A DNA stretch of 33,683 nucleotides. Origin: an uncultured Roseivirgaceae bacterium. GTDB lineage: Bacteria; Bacteroidota; Bacteroidia; Cytophagales; Cyclobacteriaceae. Under the pieces are notes generated by a model. The model saw only the letters and a program-made list of their open reading frames with translations, was not told the origin of the DNA and did no database searches. The stretch spans positions 1 through 33,683 of the forward strand of contig CAYYNA010000007.1 in assembly GCA_964472815.1 (NCBI GenBank), written 5' to 3'. Positions 7,716 to 16,748 of the stretch are shown piece after piece. A program made the position numbers and the translations under genes. Each line of letters begins with the position of its first letter. The stretch's first letter is position 1.

Positions 7716-8591
7716 TTAAGCTTTGGGGTGAGCCTGATCAAAGGCAGCCTTCAGCTTTTCTATAGAATTATGAGTATAGACTTGAGTCGCCGCTAGACTA
7801 CTATGACCTAGTAAGTCTTTAACAGCATTTAAGTCTGCTCCTTTATTTAGTAAGTGTGTCGCAAAGGTATGTCTCAGTGTATGTGGACTCTTCTTATTCA
7901 AAGTGGTGACCTGAGTAAGATAGGATTTTACCTTGCGGTAAATGAACATAGGATAAACTGGTTCATTCGAATTGGTAACAAGTAAAAACTCACTATTCAT
8001 CCCTTCTTTTTCCTTTTCTGAAACATACTTCTTCACTAGTAATAATAACGGATCGCTAACAGGTATGATGCGCTCTTTATTCCTTTTTCCGAGAACTTTA
8101 ATGGCCTTTTCATAAAAATTAACATCTCTCGTCTTCAGTCCTATCAATTCCGCTAAACGAATTCCGGTAGCATAAAGGAGCTCCAATAACAGCTTGTCTC
8201 TAAGACCAGGAAAATCATCAGAAAATTCGACTTCATCCAGAAGCTTCTCAATTGCTGATTCTTTTAGGAAGGAAGGAAGTTCTTTCTGAGTTTTTAGTGG
8301 CTTGATCTGATCAGCAGGATTAGATTCGATATATTCCCTACTAAGTAAAAACTTATAGAAAGACTTTAGAGTAGCTAATTTTCTATTGATGGATCTTGAG
8401 GAAATTGCCTCCTCTGATAAATCCATTATCCATGCACGCAAATGCGAATGCCTTGCATCAATAGGGTTATCAATCTCAAATTCAATGGATAAGAAGAGCT
8501 GGAACTGGCTTAAATCCTTTTTGTAAGCCTTTAAGGTGTGGTGGCTATAGCGCTTTTCGGTGGCAAGGTATTTAAGGAAGGCATCTGTCAT
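7716..8591 (-). CDS. xerC: Tyrosine recombinase XerC
   Basis: SAM-like N-domain, 'LYATGIRLAEL', 'GKRNKER', 'HTLRHTFATHLL..LLGHSSLAATQVYTH', in the rpsU-xerC-hpf order. Confidence 0.88.
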   Translation of the reverse strand: MTDAFLKYLATEKRYSHHTLKAYKKDLSQFQLFLSIEFEIDNPIDARHSHLRAWIMDLSEEAISSRSINRKLATLKSFYKFLLSREYIESNPADQIKPLKTQKELPSFLKESAIEKLLDEVEFSDDFPGLRDKLLLELLYATGIRLAELIGLKTRDVNFYEKAIKVLGKRNKERIIPVSDPLLLLVKKYVSEKEKEGMNSEFLLVTNSNEPVYPMFIYRKVKSYLTQVTTLNKKSPHTLRHTFATHLLNKGADLNAVKDLLGHSSLAATQVYTHNSIEKLKAAFDQAHPKA

Positions 8592-8666
8592 ATGCTAGCA
8601 TCAACCCTTAGTAAAAGGGCTAATACTAACTTATATAATTCTTGCCTTAAGACGAAGAGGATCTAA

Positions 8667-8861
8667 TTAATTATTTTCCTCGTCGCGAAGTTTCTGGATG
8701 TATCTGGCCTTAATGATCTGATCTCTTCTTTCCACAGATGGCTTAGTGTAAGAAGTTCTTGATCTGAGCTCTCTCAATACGCCTGTTTTTTCAAACTTCT
8801 TCTTGAATCTCTTAAGCGCTCTGTCTATTGATTCGTTCTCTTTAACGTTGATTATTAACAT
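8667..8861 (-). CDS. rpsU: 30S ribosomal protein bS21
   Basis: 'VKENESIDRALKRFKKKFEKTGVLRELR..YTKPSVERR'. Confidence 0.95.
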   Translation of the reverse strand: MLIINVKENESIDRALKRFKKKFEKTGVLRELRSRTSYTKPSVERRDQIIKARYIQKLRDEENN

Positions 8862-8884
8862 TTCAGACTTTTATAATTGGGCCG

Positions 8885-8914
8885 CAAATATAGGTGAAAT
8901 CAATTGCATTGCAA
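8885..8914 (-). promoter_or_regulatory. rpsU promoter (TTG-N19-TATATTTG)
   Basis: The minus strand shows TTG, a 19-nt spacer and TATATTTG, matching the Bacteroidota -33/-7 consensus, 23 nt before the ATG. Confidence 0.75.
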
Positions 8915-8918
8915 TAGC

Positions 8919-10082
8919 CTACTTCAACAAGGATCTAGATATTACAACTTTCTGAATTTCTGAAGTCCCCTCACCAATTGTGCACAGCTTAGCGTCTCTA
9001 TAATATTTCTCCGCAGGATAGTCTTTTATGTATCCATAACCGCCAAAAATTTGAACCGCATCATCTGCCACTCTAACGGAGATTTCTGAGGCATATAATT
9101 TCGCCATCGCTGATTCCTTATTGACGCTTTTACCTGCATTTTTTAATTCAGCAGCATTGTAAGTCAGCAATTTTGCAGCCTCCAGTTTTGTTGCCATTTC
9201 TGCCAGCTTAAATGAAATTCCTTGAAAGTTCGAAATTGACTTTCCAAACTGCTCCCTCTCCTTGGAATATTGAATTGCAGCATTCAAGGCTCCTTCTGCA
9301 ATACCGCAGCTCAGCGCAGCAATGGATATTCTTCCTCCATCCAGCACTTTTAAGGACTGTACAAAACCATCACCCACTTCTCCGATGAGATTCTCCTCCG
9401 GAATCCTGCAATCCTCAAATATCATCTCCGCAGTTTCGGAAGCACGCATTCCTAACTTGTCTTCTTTTCTTCCTTGCTTAAAACCTGGAGTGCCACGCTC
9501 TACTATAAATGCACTAGCATTTCTAGACGCATTAGGCTCACCTGTTCTGGCCACCACCACAGCAACATCACCTGAGTTACCGTGAGTAATAAAGTTTTTT
9601 GCGCCATTTATGACCCATTCATTGCCATCCTTTACAGCGGTCGTCTTCATATTTCCGGCATCTGATCCTGTATTGGGCTCTGTTAATCCCCAAGCACCTA
9701 ACCACTCACATGTCGCAAGTTTTGGTAAGTATTTTTTCTTTTGCTCTTCAGAAGCATGCTGTAGGATATGTCCGGTACATAATGAATTGTGAGCCGCCAT
9801 TGATAAGCCAATTGAACCATCTACTTTGGCTAATTCAATGATTGCTGTAACGTACTCATGATAACCAAAACCTGATCCTCCGTACTCTTCTGGAACTAAG
9901 ACACCCATCAGGCCTAAGTCACCCAATTTTTTGAAAAGGTCAAGTGGGAAATGTTGTGAATCATCCCATTCCATTTTATGAGGCTCTATTTCTCTCTCGC
10001 TAAAATCCCTCACCATTTGAGCGATCATTTCAATGTTCTCAGAAATTATGTGTTCCTGGGGTTCTAATGTTGCTACTTCCAT
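8919..10082 (-). CDS. Acyl-CoA dehydrogenase (short/branched-chain type)
   Basis: '[12 protein letters not shown]', 'INGAKNFIT', 'KLGMRASET', 'QIFGGYGY' and '[10 protein letters not shown]'. Confidence 0.92.
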   Translation of the reverse strand: MEVATLEPQEHIISENIEMIAQMVRDFSEREIEPHKMEWDDSQHFPLDLFKKLGDLGLMGVLVPEEYGGSGFGYHEYVTAIIELAKVDGSIGLSMAAHNSLCTGHILQHASEEQKKKYLPKLATCEWLGAWGLTEPNTGSDAGNMKTTAVKDGNEWVINGAKNFITHGNSGDVAVVVARTGEPNASRNASAFIVERGTPGFKQGRKEDKLGMRASETAEMIFEDCRIPEENLIGEVGDGFVQSLKVLDGGRISIAALSCGIAEGALNAAIQYSKEREQFGKSISNFQGISFKLAEMATKLEAAKLLTYNAAELKNAGKSVNKESAMAKLYASEISVRVADDAVQIFGGYGYIKDYPAEKYYRDAKLCTIGEGTSEIQKVVISRSLLK

Positions 10083-10110
10083 TTCTATCTGTTTGGGGTA
10101 TTAAGAAACG

Positions 10111-10118
10111 CAAAAGTA
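10111..10118 (-). promoter_or_regulatory. -7 element TACTTTTG for acyl-CoA dehydrogenase
   Basis: CAAAAGTA on the plus strand reads TAnnTTTG on the minus strand, about 28 nt upstream of the ATG. Confidence 0.65.
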
Positions 10119-10186
10119 TTACATCTTGTTTGTCTATGCGTTGGTCTAAAATTCTCAAGTAGCTAGCTCAATAAATGCGGATGTCA

Positions 10187-10194
10187 TACTTTTG
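10187..10194 (+). promoter_or_regulatory. -7 element TACTTTTG for ugd
   Basis: Exact TAnnTTTG match 33 nt upstream of the ATG at 10228. Confidence 0.65.
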
Positions 10195-10227
10195 CCGCCT
10201 CTTACTTTAAACTAAAAAACTTAGTCT

Positions 10228-11538
10228 ATGAAAATCGCCGTAGTGGGTACTGGATATGTTGGTCTCGTATCAGGAACTTGTTTTGCAGAGACAGGAAATC
10301 ATGTCACCTGTATTGACATTGATGAAAAGAAAGTAGCCAAGCTGAAGAACAAGCAGATTACGATTTATGAACCAGGTCTTGAGGTTTTATTTGAAAGAAA
10401 CATAAGACAAGGTAGACTTGACTTTACGACGGATCTAGCCGAAGGAATTAAAGGTGCTAAGATTATTTTTCTTGCACTTCCAACTCCACCAGGAGAAGAT
10501 GGCTCTGCCGATTTGAAGTATGTTCTTAAGGTAGCTGAAGATCTGGGTCCTCTCTTAGAAGAATTTACTGTGGTTGTTGACAAGAGTACTGTTCCAGTAG
10601 GAACAGCTGAAAAAGTAACAGCAAAAATTGCAGAGACGGCCAAGGTTGATTTTGAAGTAGTCTCTAACCCTGAATTTTTGAGAGAAGGGGTTGCAGTAGA
10701 GGATTTCATGAAACCAGACAGAGTGGTGGTTGGGGCTGAATCTGAAGAATCGATCAAATTAATGGAACAACTGTATGCACCGTATGTAAGACAAGGAAAT
10801 CCCGTGATATTTATGGATGTTCGTTCGGCTGAGCTCACTAAGTATGCAGCTAATTCATTCTTGGCGACCAAGATCACCTTCATGAATGAGATCGCCAATA
10901 TGTGCGAGCTGCTTGGTGCGGATGTTGACAAAGTGAGAAAAGGTATTGGAACCGATGCTAGAATTGGAAAAAGATTCCTATTCGCAGGAATTGGATACGG
11001 TGGCAGTTGTTTCCCGAAAGATGTGCAAGCTCTTGCAAAGTCAGCAACGGAAGTTGATTATGACTTTAAGATTCTCAACTCTGTAATGGACATTAATGCT
11101 GATCAAAAGCAAAAGATGGTTGCTCCATTAAAGGAGTATTTTGGAGGTGATCTTTCTGGGAAGACTATCGCGGTATGGGGACTTGCTTTTAAACCGTACA
11201 CAGACGACATCAGAGAAGCGCCGGCGCTAGAGAACATAAAAGTATTGCTAGATGCCGGAGCAAAAGTGAAAGCGTACGATCCGGAAGCAATGGAAAATGT
11301 GAAGGAGCAATATGATTTCGACATCACTTACACAAAAGATGAATATGAAGCAATCGAAGGTGCGGATGCATTAATGATTATGACTGAGTGGCCAATTTTC
11401 CGAACCCCAGAGTTTGAAAGACTAAAAGAGGGTCTTAAGAACAACGTAATTTTTGATGGACGTAATTTGTACGAGTTAAGTTTGATGGAAGAGTTAGGGT
11501 TCGAATACTATAGTGTAGGTAGAAGAACTATTAAGTAA
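10228..11538 (+). CDS. ugd: UDP-glucose 6-dehydrogenase
   Basis: Rossmann 'GTGYVGL', 'KSTVPVGT', 'SNPEFLREG', catalytic 'GYGGSCFPKD' and 'GLAFKP..DDIRE'. Confidence 0.92.
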   Translation: MKIAVVGTGYVGLVSGTCFAETGNHVTCIDIDEKKVAKLKNKQITIYEPGLEVLFERNIRQGRLDFTTDLAEGIKGAKIIFLALPTPPGEDGSADLKYVLKVAEDLGPLLEEFTVVVDKSTVPVGTAEKVTAKIAETAKVDFEVVSNPEFLREGVAVEDFMKPDRVVVGAESEESIKLMEQLYAPYVRQGNPVIFMDVRSAELTKYAANSFLATKITFMNEIANMCELLGADVDKVRKGIGTDARIGKRFLFAGIGYGGSCFPKDVQALAKSATEVDYDFKILNSVMDINADQKQKMVAPLKEYFGGDLSGKTIAVWGLAFKPYTDDIREAPALENIKVLLDAGAKVKAYDPEAMENVKEQYDFDITYTKDEYEAIEGADALMIMTEWPIFRTPEFERLKEGLKNNVIFDGRNLYELSLMEELGFEYYSVGRRTIK

Positions 11539-11551
11539 AAAATTTGTAATC

Positions 11552-11586
11552 AAAAAAAGGCCTTGTTTTTCAACAAGGCCTTTTTT
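11552..11586. terminator. Bidirectional intrinsic terminator between ugd and the DUF547 gene
   Basis: A7-GGCCTTGTT-tttc-AACAAGGCC-T6, a perfect inverted repeat between convergent genes. Confidence 0.88.
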
Positions 11587-12325
11587 ATTGTTCGTTCAGC
11601 GTCCAATCGTAATCGGCCCAAGTAATTTTCGCATTATCGTTCAAGGTAACAGGAGCATACTGATTAACATAATCAATCAGGGATCCGTCATTATTGAAGT
11701 CGCCTCCATACCAATTAAATAGCTTTGATAGCTTCGCACTTTTTGTGCTTTTAAATTCATTCTTCTCTACGTTGGAAAGAAAATCCTTAGCCGCTTTTGT
11801 CAACTGTTCATCCAAAGTGTTTGGCAAATAAGCATTGTTCTGCAGCTTAGGACACGAAATCGCCGCACACACCAAGGCGAAGTGTATTCTTGGTTCATCA
11901 AATTCCTTTCGAATAATACCGTGCTCAATATTATTTAGGTCATACTTTTCACCATCGATATTAATAAACTTGATGTCCCAAGGAGTATTGACAAAAGGTA
12001 CTTGGATCACTGACCCAATATCTTTAATACTCTTCACAGGATAGTGCTCAAGAACAAGGTCAATTGTGTAAGCATTGTAAGCATTGATCCAAAAAGCAAG
12101 TTTCTGATCTTCCGTCCAAGAGTCCTTTGGTGGGTTGCTTTCTAAGGACCTCAAGTACTCTTTCAGCTTAGCTCGATCCGATTTTAGGCCTTTGTAATCT
12201 ACAAGCCCATCGTTATCTACATGTTTTTGTAGCAACGCATCAAAAGAAGCATGTGAAACTCCCTTCTGTGCATTCGACTGAAACAGAAAAAATGAAAATA
12301 GGACAATGAGTGTATTTCGTATCAT
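11585..12325 (-). CDS. DUF547 domain-containing secreted protein
   Basis: Signal peptide plus 'G.VDY', 'LAFWINAYNAYT', 'LNNIEHGIIR..EPRIHFALVCAAISCP' and 'YDWTLN'. Confidence 0.88.
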   Translation of the reverse strand: MIRNTLIVLFSFFLFQSNAQKGVSHASFDALLQKHVDNDGLVDYKGLKSDRAKLKEYLRSLESNPPKDSWTEDQKLAFWINAYNAYTIDLVLEHYPVKSIKDIGSVIQVPFVNTPWDIKFINIDGEKYDLNNIEHGIIRKEFDEPRIHFALVCAAISCPKLQNNAYLPNTLDEQLTKAAKDFLSNVEKNEFKSTKSAKLSKLFNWYGGDFNNDGSLIDYVNQYAPVTLNDNAKITWADYDWTLNEQ

Positions 12326-12438
12326 CTTTTATATTGATATATTGACAAATTAAACTTTGAACCTAAACGCACCTTTTAATGCTGATGGTTGCTTAATATC
12401 CGTGGATAGCTGCAAAAGGTACGCCAAAAGACATAAGA

Positions 12439-14379
12439 TTGGAATTCATTCAACCGCTAGATAAAGATCTTTTGATATTGATTGCCGGGTTTCTGATCAT
12501 TTCCATTTCAGCAAACCAGATAGCAAAAGCATTTCAGAAGATAAAACTACCACTTATCACTGGACTCATTTTTACCGGTATTGTCGCCGGTCCGTACATC
12601 ATTGGTCTCATTCCAGTTTCCGCCAAAAGAGATTTGAATTTTATCAATGAAACGGCTTTGGCCTTTATCGCCTTTGCTGCCGGAGCAGAGTTATACTTAC
12701 GAGAACTACGAAGTAGGTTGAACTCAATCAAGTGGAACACATTCGGTCAGCTGGTCGTCACTTTCGTTCTCGGTTCGGTACTAGTGTATTTTCTCTCAGG
12801 CCTCATTCCATACATGAAAGATCTGAACAACGCTGCTAAAATCTCCATCTCCATGATTACAGCAGCAGTATTTGTTGCCAGGTCACCGGCCTCAGCAATT
12901 GCTGTTATCAATGAGTTAAGAGCTAAGGGACCGTTTGTCCAGACCGTAATGGGCGTGACAGTGGTTAAGGATTTTTTGGTGATTGTCCTTTTTTCCATCT
13001 GCATCTCGCTTTCACAGGTGTTGATATCCGGCGAGGAATTCAAATACACCGAAATACTACTTCTTTTGTTGGAATTAGCACTTTCCTTCTCCATTGGTTT
13101 TTATGTATTTGGATTTCTGTTGAAAACGGTCCTTCGTTGGAGAATTAGGAGAGTCCCGAAGACGATCTTGGTTTTACTCGTGGGGTACTCCGCTTACTTA
13201 TTGTCAAGCCAAGTGGGGACAATCACTGAATCCCAGTTTCATCATCGAATTTTCCTAGAGCCGCTCCTTATGTGTATTCTGGCTAGTTTTCATGTGACCA
13301 ACTACAGCAAAGCAAGGCCCGAGTTTTTGAAAATACTGGAAGACGTTAGCATACCTGTTTACGTAGCTTTTTTCACTCTAACAGGCGCTTCCTTCTCCTT
13401 AAATGTAATTGGACAAGTCATTGGCGTAGCATTAATCCTCTTCTTCATCAGAATAGTTACTATGATTATTGGAGCGTACACTGGTGGCTTGCTTGCTAAG
13501 GACCCGATGAAATTCAATCACTTGGGCTGGATGCCCTACATCACTCAGGCGGGAGTCGCGTTAGGGCTGGCTACTGTAGTGGCAAACGAGTTTCCAGGTT
13601 GGGGTGAGCAATTTGCAACGGTAATAATCGCATTGATCGTAATCAATCAATTCATAGGACCTCCACTTTTCAAGTGGGCCATTTTCCAGGTAGGTGAGGA
13701 TCGAGTGCGCGCACCGGTTCCTGAGTTTGATGGGATCAGGGATGCAATCATTGTCGGATTTGAAAGTCAGTCTGTAGCGCTTGCTAGGCAACTTTTAGAA
13801 CATGGATGGGAAGTCCAAATAGCCACCAAAATGAAACAGGGAGAGATCGACGAGCCTGATGGAGTGCCAATCCGATACATGAAGGAATTTGCCTACGAGG
13901 AATTCATAGACATACATGCAGATAAATCAGAGGCTATTGTGCTGATGCTATCAGATGAAGAGAATAAGGAGATAGCAGAGATGATTTATCATAGAATTGG
14001 TACCAAAGACGTAATCGTGCGACTGAACAATCGATACAATTCTAAAAAATTCCTGGACTTAAAGGCATTAATCGTGGACCCTTCAACCGCAATCGTTAGC
14101 CTATTGGATCACTTTGTGCGATCTCCGCAAGCAGCCTCACTATTACTTGGAATGGAGAAAGGACAGGATACGCGAGATATTGAACTACTCAACCCAGACC
14201 TTCATGGTATCACGTTACGAGACTTAAGGCTGCCAGCAGACGTGATCATTCTCTCGGTGGTAAGAGGTGGGCAAACGATCATAACCCACGGGTATACTCG
14301 TCTTAGAGTGAGGGACACCATTACCGCAGTGGGCTCCTTCAAAAGCCTTGATGAAATGCAACTTAAGTTTGACCGGTAA
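12439..14379 (+). CDS. Cation:proton antiporter (CPA2-like) fused to RCK (TrkA-N/TrkA-C) domains, probable K+ or Na+/H+ exchanger
   Basis: About 12 hydrophobic segments with 'FIAFAAGAEL', 'SPAS' and 'QAGVALGL', then a soluble TrkA-like region and 'LHGITLRDLRLPADVIILSVVRGG'. The TTG start is uncertain. Confidence 0.8.
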   Translation: MEFIQPLDKDLLILIAGFLIISISANQIAKAFQKIKLPLITGLIFTGIVAGPYIIGLIPVSAKRDLNFINETALAFIAFAAGAELYLRELRSRLNSIKWNTFGQLVVTFVLGSVLVYFLSGLIPYMKDLNNAAKISISMITAAVFVARSPASAIAVINELRAKGPFVQTVMGVTVVKDFLVIVLFSICISLSQVLISGEEFKYTEILLLLLELALSFSIGFYVFGFLLKTVLRWRIRRVPKTILVLLVGYSAYLLSSQVGTITESQFHHRIFLEPLLMCILASFHVTNYSKARPEFLKILEDVSIPVYVAFFTLTGASFSLNVIGQVIGVALILFFIRIVTMIIGAYTGGLLAKDPMKFNHLGWMPYITQAGVALGLATVVANEFPGWGEQFATVIIALIVINQFIGPPLFKWAIFQVGEDRVRAPVPEFDGIRDAIIVGFESQSVALARQLLEHGWEVQIATKMKQGEIDEPDGVPIRYMKEFAYEEFIDIHADKSEAIVLMLSDEENKEIAEMIYHRIGTKDVIVRLNNRYNSKKFLDLKALIVDPSTAIVSLLDHFVRSPQAASLLLGMEKGQDTRDIELLNPDLHGITLRDLRLPADVIILSVVRGGQTIITHGYTRLRVRDTITAVGSFKSLDEMQLKFDR

Positions 14380-14408
14380 ATAGCGTAGCAAAAAGCAAAA
14401 GCAAAACA

Positions 14409-14416
14409 TATCTTTG
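14409..14416 (+). promoter_or_regulatory. -7 element TATCTTTG of glyQS
   Basis: Exact TAnnTTTG match 6 nt before the ATG at 14423. Confidence 0.7.
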
Positions 14417-14422
14417 CCGGCT

Positions 14423-15970
14423 ATGAGCAATACCACTGACGGAGGATCCCTTAAAAGCATTGTTTCGCACTGTAAGGAGTATGGATTTATCTATCCATCT
14501 AGTGACATTTATGATGGACTTGGAGCCACCTATGATTATGGCCCAAATGGCTCAGAACTGAAGAACAACATAAAGAATTACTGGTGGCAAGCGATGGTGC
14601 GAATGCACGAAAATATCGTGGGGATAGATGCTGCTATTTTCATGCATCCTACGACTTGGAAAGCCTCAGGCCATGTGGATGCGTTCAATGACCCGCTCAT
14701 TGATAATAAAGACTCAAAAAAGAGATATCGAGCAGATGTTCTTATTGAAGACTACATCGCAAAAATTGAGGCGAAAATCAGTAAGGAAGTCACCAAAGCA
14801 GCTAAGCGTTTTGGCGATGCATTTGATGAAGGGCAATTCGTTTCTACTAATCCCAGAGTAGTCGGTTATAAAGAAAAAATTAAGACCATTGAGGACCGGT
14901 TAGGAAATGCTTTAGGATCTTGTGACCTTCAAGACGTAAAGGCCTTAATAGAAGAGCTGGAAATTGCCGATCCAATTTCTGGCTCTAAGAACTGGACTGA
15001 TGTTCGTCAATTCAACTTGATGTTCTCAACTGAATTGGGGTCATTAGCCGACGGGGCAGAGAAAATATATCTACGACCAGAAACTGCTCAAGGCATCTTT
15101 GTCAATTACCTGAATGTGCAAAAGACCGCTAGGATGAAGCCCCCATTTGGGATTGCCCAGATTGGAAAAGCGTTTCGAAATGAAATCATTGCTAGGCAAT
15201 TCATCTTTCGTATGCGTGAGTTTGAGCAGATGGAAATGCAATTCTTTGTGAAGCCAGGTGAAGAAATAAAGTGGTATGAGCATTGGAAGGAAAAAAGAAT
15301 CAAGTGGCACAAGACTCTTGGCCTAGGCGAAGAGCACTACCGATTCCATGATCATATCAATTTGGCTCATTACGCAAATGCCGCTTGTGATATTGAATTC
15401 AATTTCCCAATGGGATTCAAGGAGCTCGAGGGGATTCATTCCAGAACAGATTTCGATCTGAAGGCACACGAGGAGTATTCAGGAAAGAAGCTTCAATTTT
15501 TTGATAATGCTACCAATGAGAGCTACGTGCCTTATGTGGTCGAGACCTCTATTGGGTTGGACAGAATGTTCCTGGCGATTATGTCAGGATCCTTGAAAGA
15601 AGAAAAACTCGCTGATGGCAGTGAAAGAACTGTATTAAAAATACCTCCAGCCTTGGCTCCCAACAAAGTCGCTGTTTTGCCACTGCTGAACAAAGATGGT
15701 CTACCTGAAAAAGCAAATGAAATTCTAAATGAAATTAGATTGGACTTCACCTTCCAGTACGATGCAAAAGATGCGATTGGAAGAAGATACAGAAGACAAG
15801 ATGCTATCGGGACACCTTACTGCGTCACCATTGATCACCAAACTCTGGAAGACAATACAGTAACCATCCGTGAGCGAGATTCAATGCAACAAGAAAGGGT
15901 ATCCGTTGAACAACTTATTCAGACTCTTCATGAGAAAGTTGACCTAAAGAACCTGCTGAGAGCGCTCTAA
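14423..15970 (+). CDS. glyQS: Glycine--tRNA ligase, alpha2 (eukaryote/archaeal-like) type
   Basis: 'YDYGPNG', 'WKASGHV', 'YLRPETAQGIF', 'FRMREFEQME' and 'IGRRYRRQDAIGTP'. I moved the start to ATG 14423 because the TTG at 14414 lies within the promoter element. Confidence 0.95.
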   Translation: MSNTTDGGSLKSIVSHCKEYGFIYPSSDIYDGLGATYDYGPNGSELKNNIKNYWWQAMVRMHENIVGIDAAIFMHPTTWKASGHVDAFNDPLIDNKDSKKRYRADVLIEDYIAKIEAKISKEVTKAAKRFGDAFDEGQFVSTNPRVVGYKEKIKTIEDRLGNALGSCDLQDVKALIEELEIADPISGSKNWTDVRQFNLMFSTELGSLADGAEKIYLRPETAQGIFVNYLNVQKTARMKPPFGIAQIGKAFRNEIIARQFIFRMREFEQMEMQFFVKPGEEIKWYEHWKEKRIKWHKTLGLGEEHYRFHDHINLAHYANAACDIEFNFPMGFKELEGIHSRTDFDLKAHEEYSGKKLQFFDNATNESYVPYVVETSIGLDRMFLAIMSGSLKEEKLADGSERTVLKIPPALAPNKVAVLPLLNKDGLPEKANEILNEIRLDFTFQYDAKDAIGRRYRRQDAIGTPYCVTIDHQTLEDNTVTIRERDSMQQERVSVEQLIQTLHEKVDLKNLLRAL

Positions 15971-15971
15971 T

Positions 15972-16739
15972 TTGGAGTATTTACTATTACTTCTCATCCC
16001 ATTTATTGCTCGAGCGATTACGCGGTATTATCACACCGGGAGAGCCTTACCAGCTTTTGTTTTAAGCGCAAAGCACAAGCAGTTTCTTCACCAGAACTTC
16101 ACTTTCTACCAGAAGCTTCCTCCAAAATCGAAGCGAATTTTTGAAAAGAGAGTCGCTCATTTCATTAGTTCAAAAAAGTTTGTTCCCCGAGAAATGCAGA
16201 AAGTAACATGGGAAATGAAAGTACTTATCTCTGCATCAGCTATTCAATTAACCTTCGGATTTCCCAGAGTTCATCTAAGCTTTTTTAGACATATTCTCAT
16301 TTACCCAGATACTTTTTTCAGTCATGCGAATCAGCAACAACATAAGGGAGAAGTAAATCCTCGAGTCAAGGCGATTGTTCTTTCCTGGAAGCATTTTGTG
16401 GAGGGATACTTAAAGACTGATGGTAGAAATCTCGGCTTGCATGAAATGGCACATGCCCTTAGACTGGAAAATCAGGTAAAGAACCGAGAATATGATTTCC
16501 TGGACCAGGAACTACTGGAGGAGTGGGAAGGTCATGCCGTTCGCACAATGGAAGAAATCAAAGCAGGCGAGGAAGTTTTTTTTCGTGACTATGGTGCGGT
16601 AAACAATGAAGAGTTTTTTGCGGTAGCGGTGGAGAACTTCTTCGAGCGTCCGACTGAGTTTAAGGATAAACACCCCATGACTTATTCAACACTGTGCAAA
16701 TTGCTAAGGCAGGATCCTACCCTTTTAGAAAAAAACTAA
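15972..16739 (+). CDS. Zinc-dependent peptidase, MtfA/M90 family
   Basis: 'ILIYP', 'LSW', HExxH motif 'NLGLHEMAHAL', 'YGAVNNEEFFAVAVENFFERP' and an N-terminal hydrophobic anchor. TTG start. Confidence 0.85.
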   Translation: MEYLLLLLIPFIARAITRYYHTGRALPAFVLSAKHKQFLHQNFTFYQKLPPKSKRIFEKRVAHFISSKKFVPREMQKVTWEMKVLISASAIQLTFGFPRVHLSFFRHILIYPDTFFSHANQQQHKGEVNPRVKAIVLSWKHFVEGYLKTDGRNLGLHEMAHALRLENQVKNREYDFLDQELLEEWEGHAVRTMEEIKAGEEVFFRDYGAVNNEEFFAVAVENFFERPTEFKDKHPMTYSTLCKLLRQDPTLLEKN

Positions 16740-16748
16740 TTTCACGAT

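Noticed and set aside
7716-8591. Tyrosine recombinase as a prophage or island integrase
   Set aside because: Its length, motifs and rpsU-xerC-hpf context indicate chromosomal XerC. I saw no att repeats or mobile genes nearby.
10110-10195. Long-range inverted repeat GCAAAAGTA...TACTTTTGC
   Set aside because: It is explained by two divergent housekeeping -7 promoter elements, not by an invertible element or IS ends.
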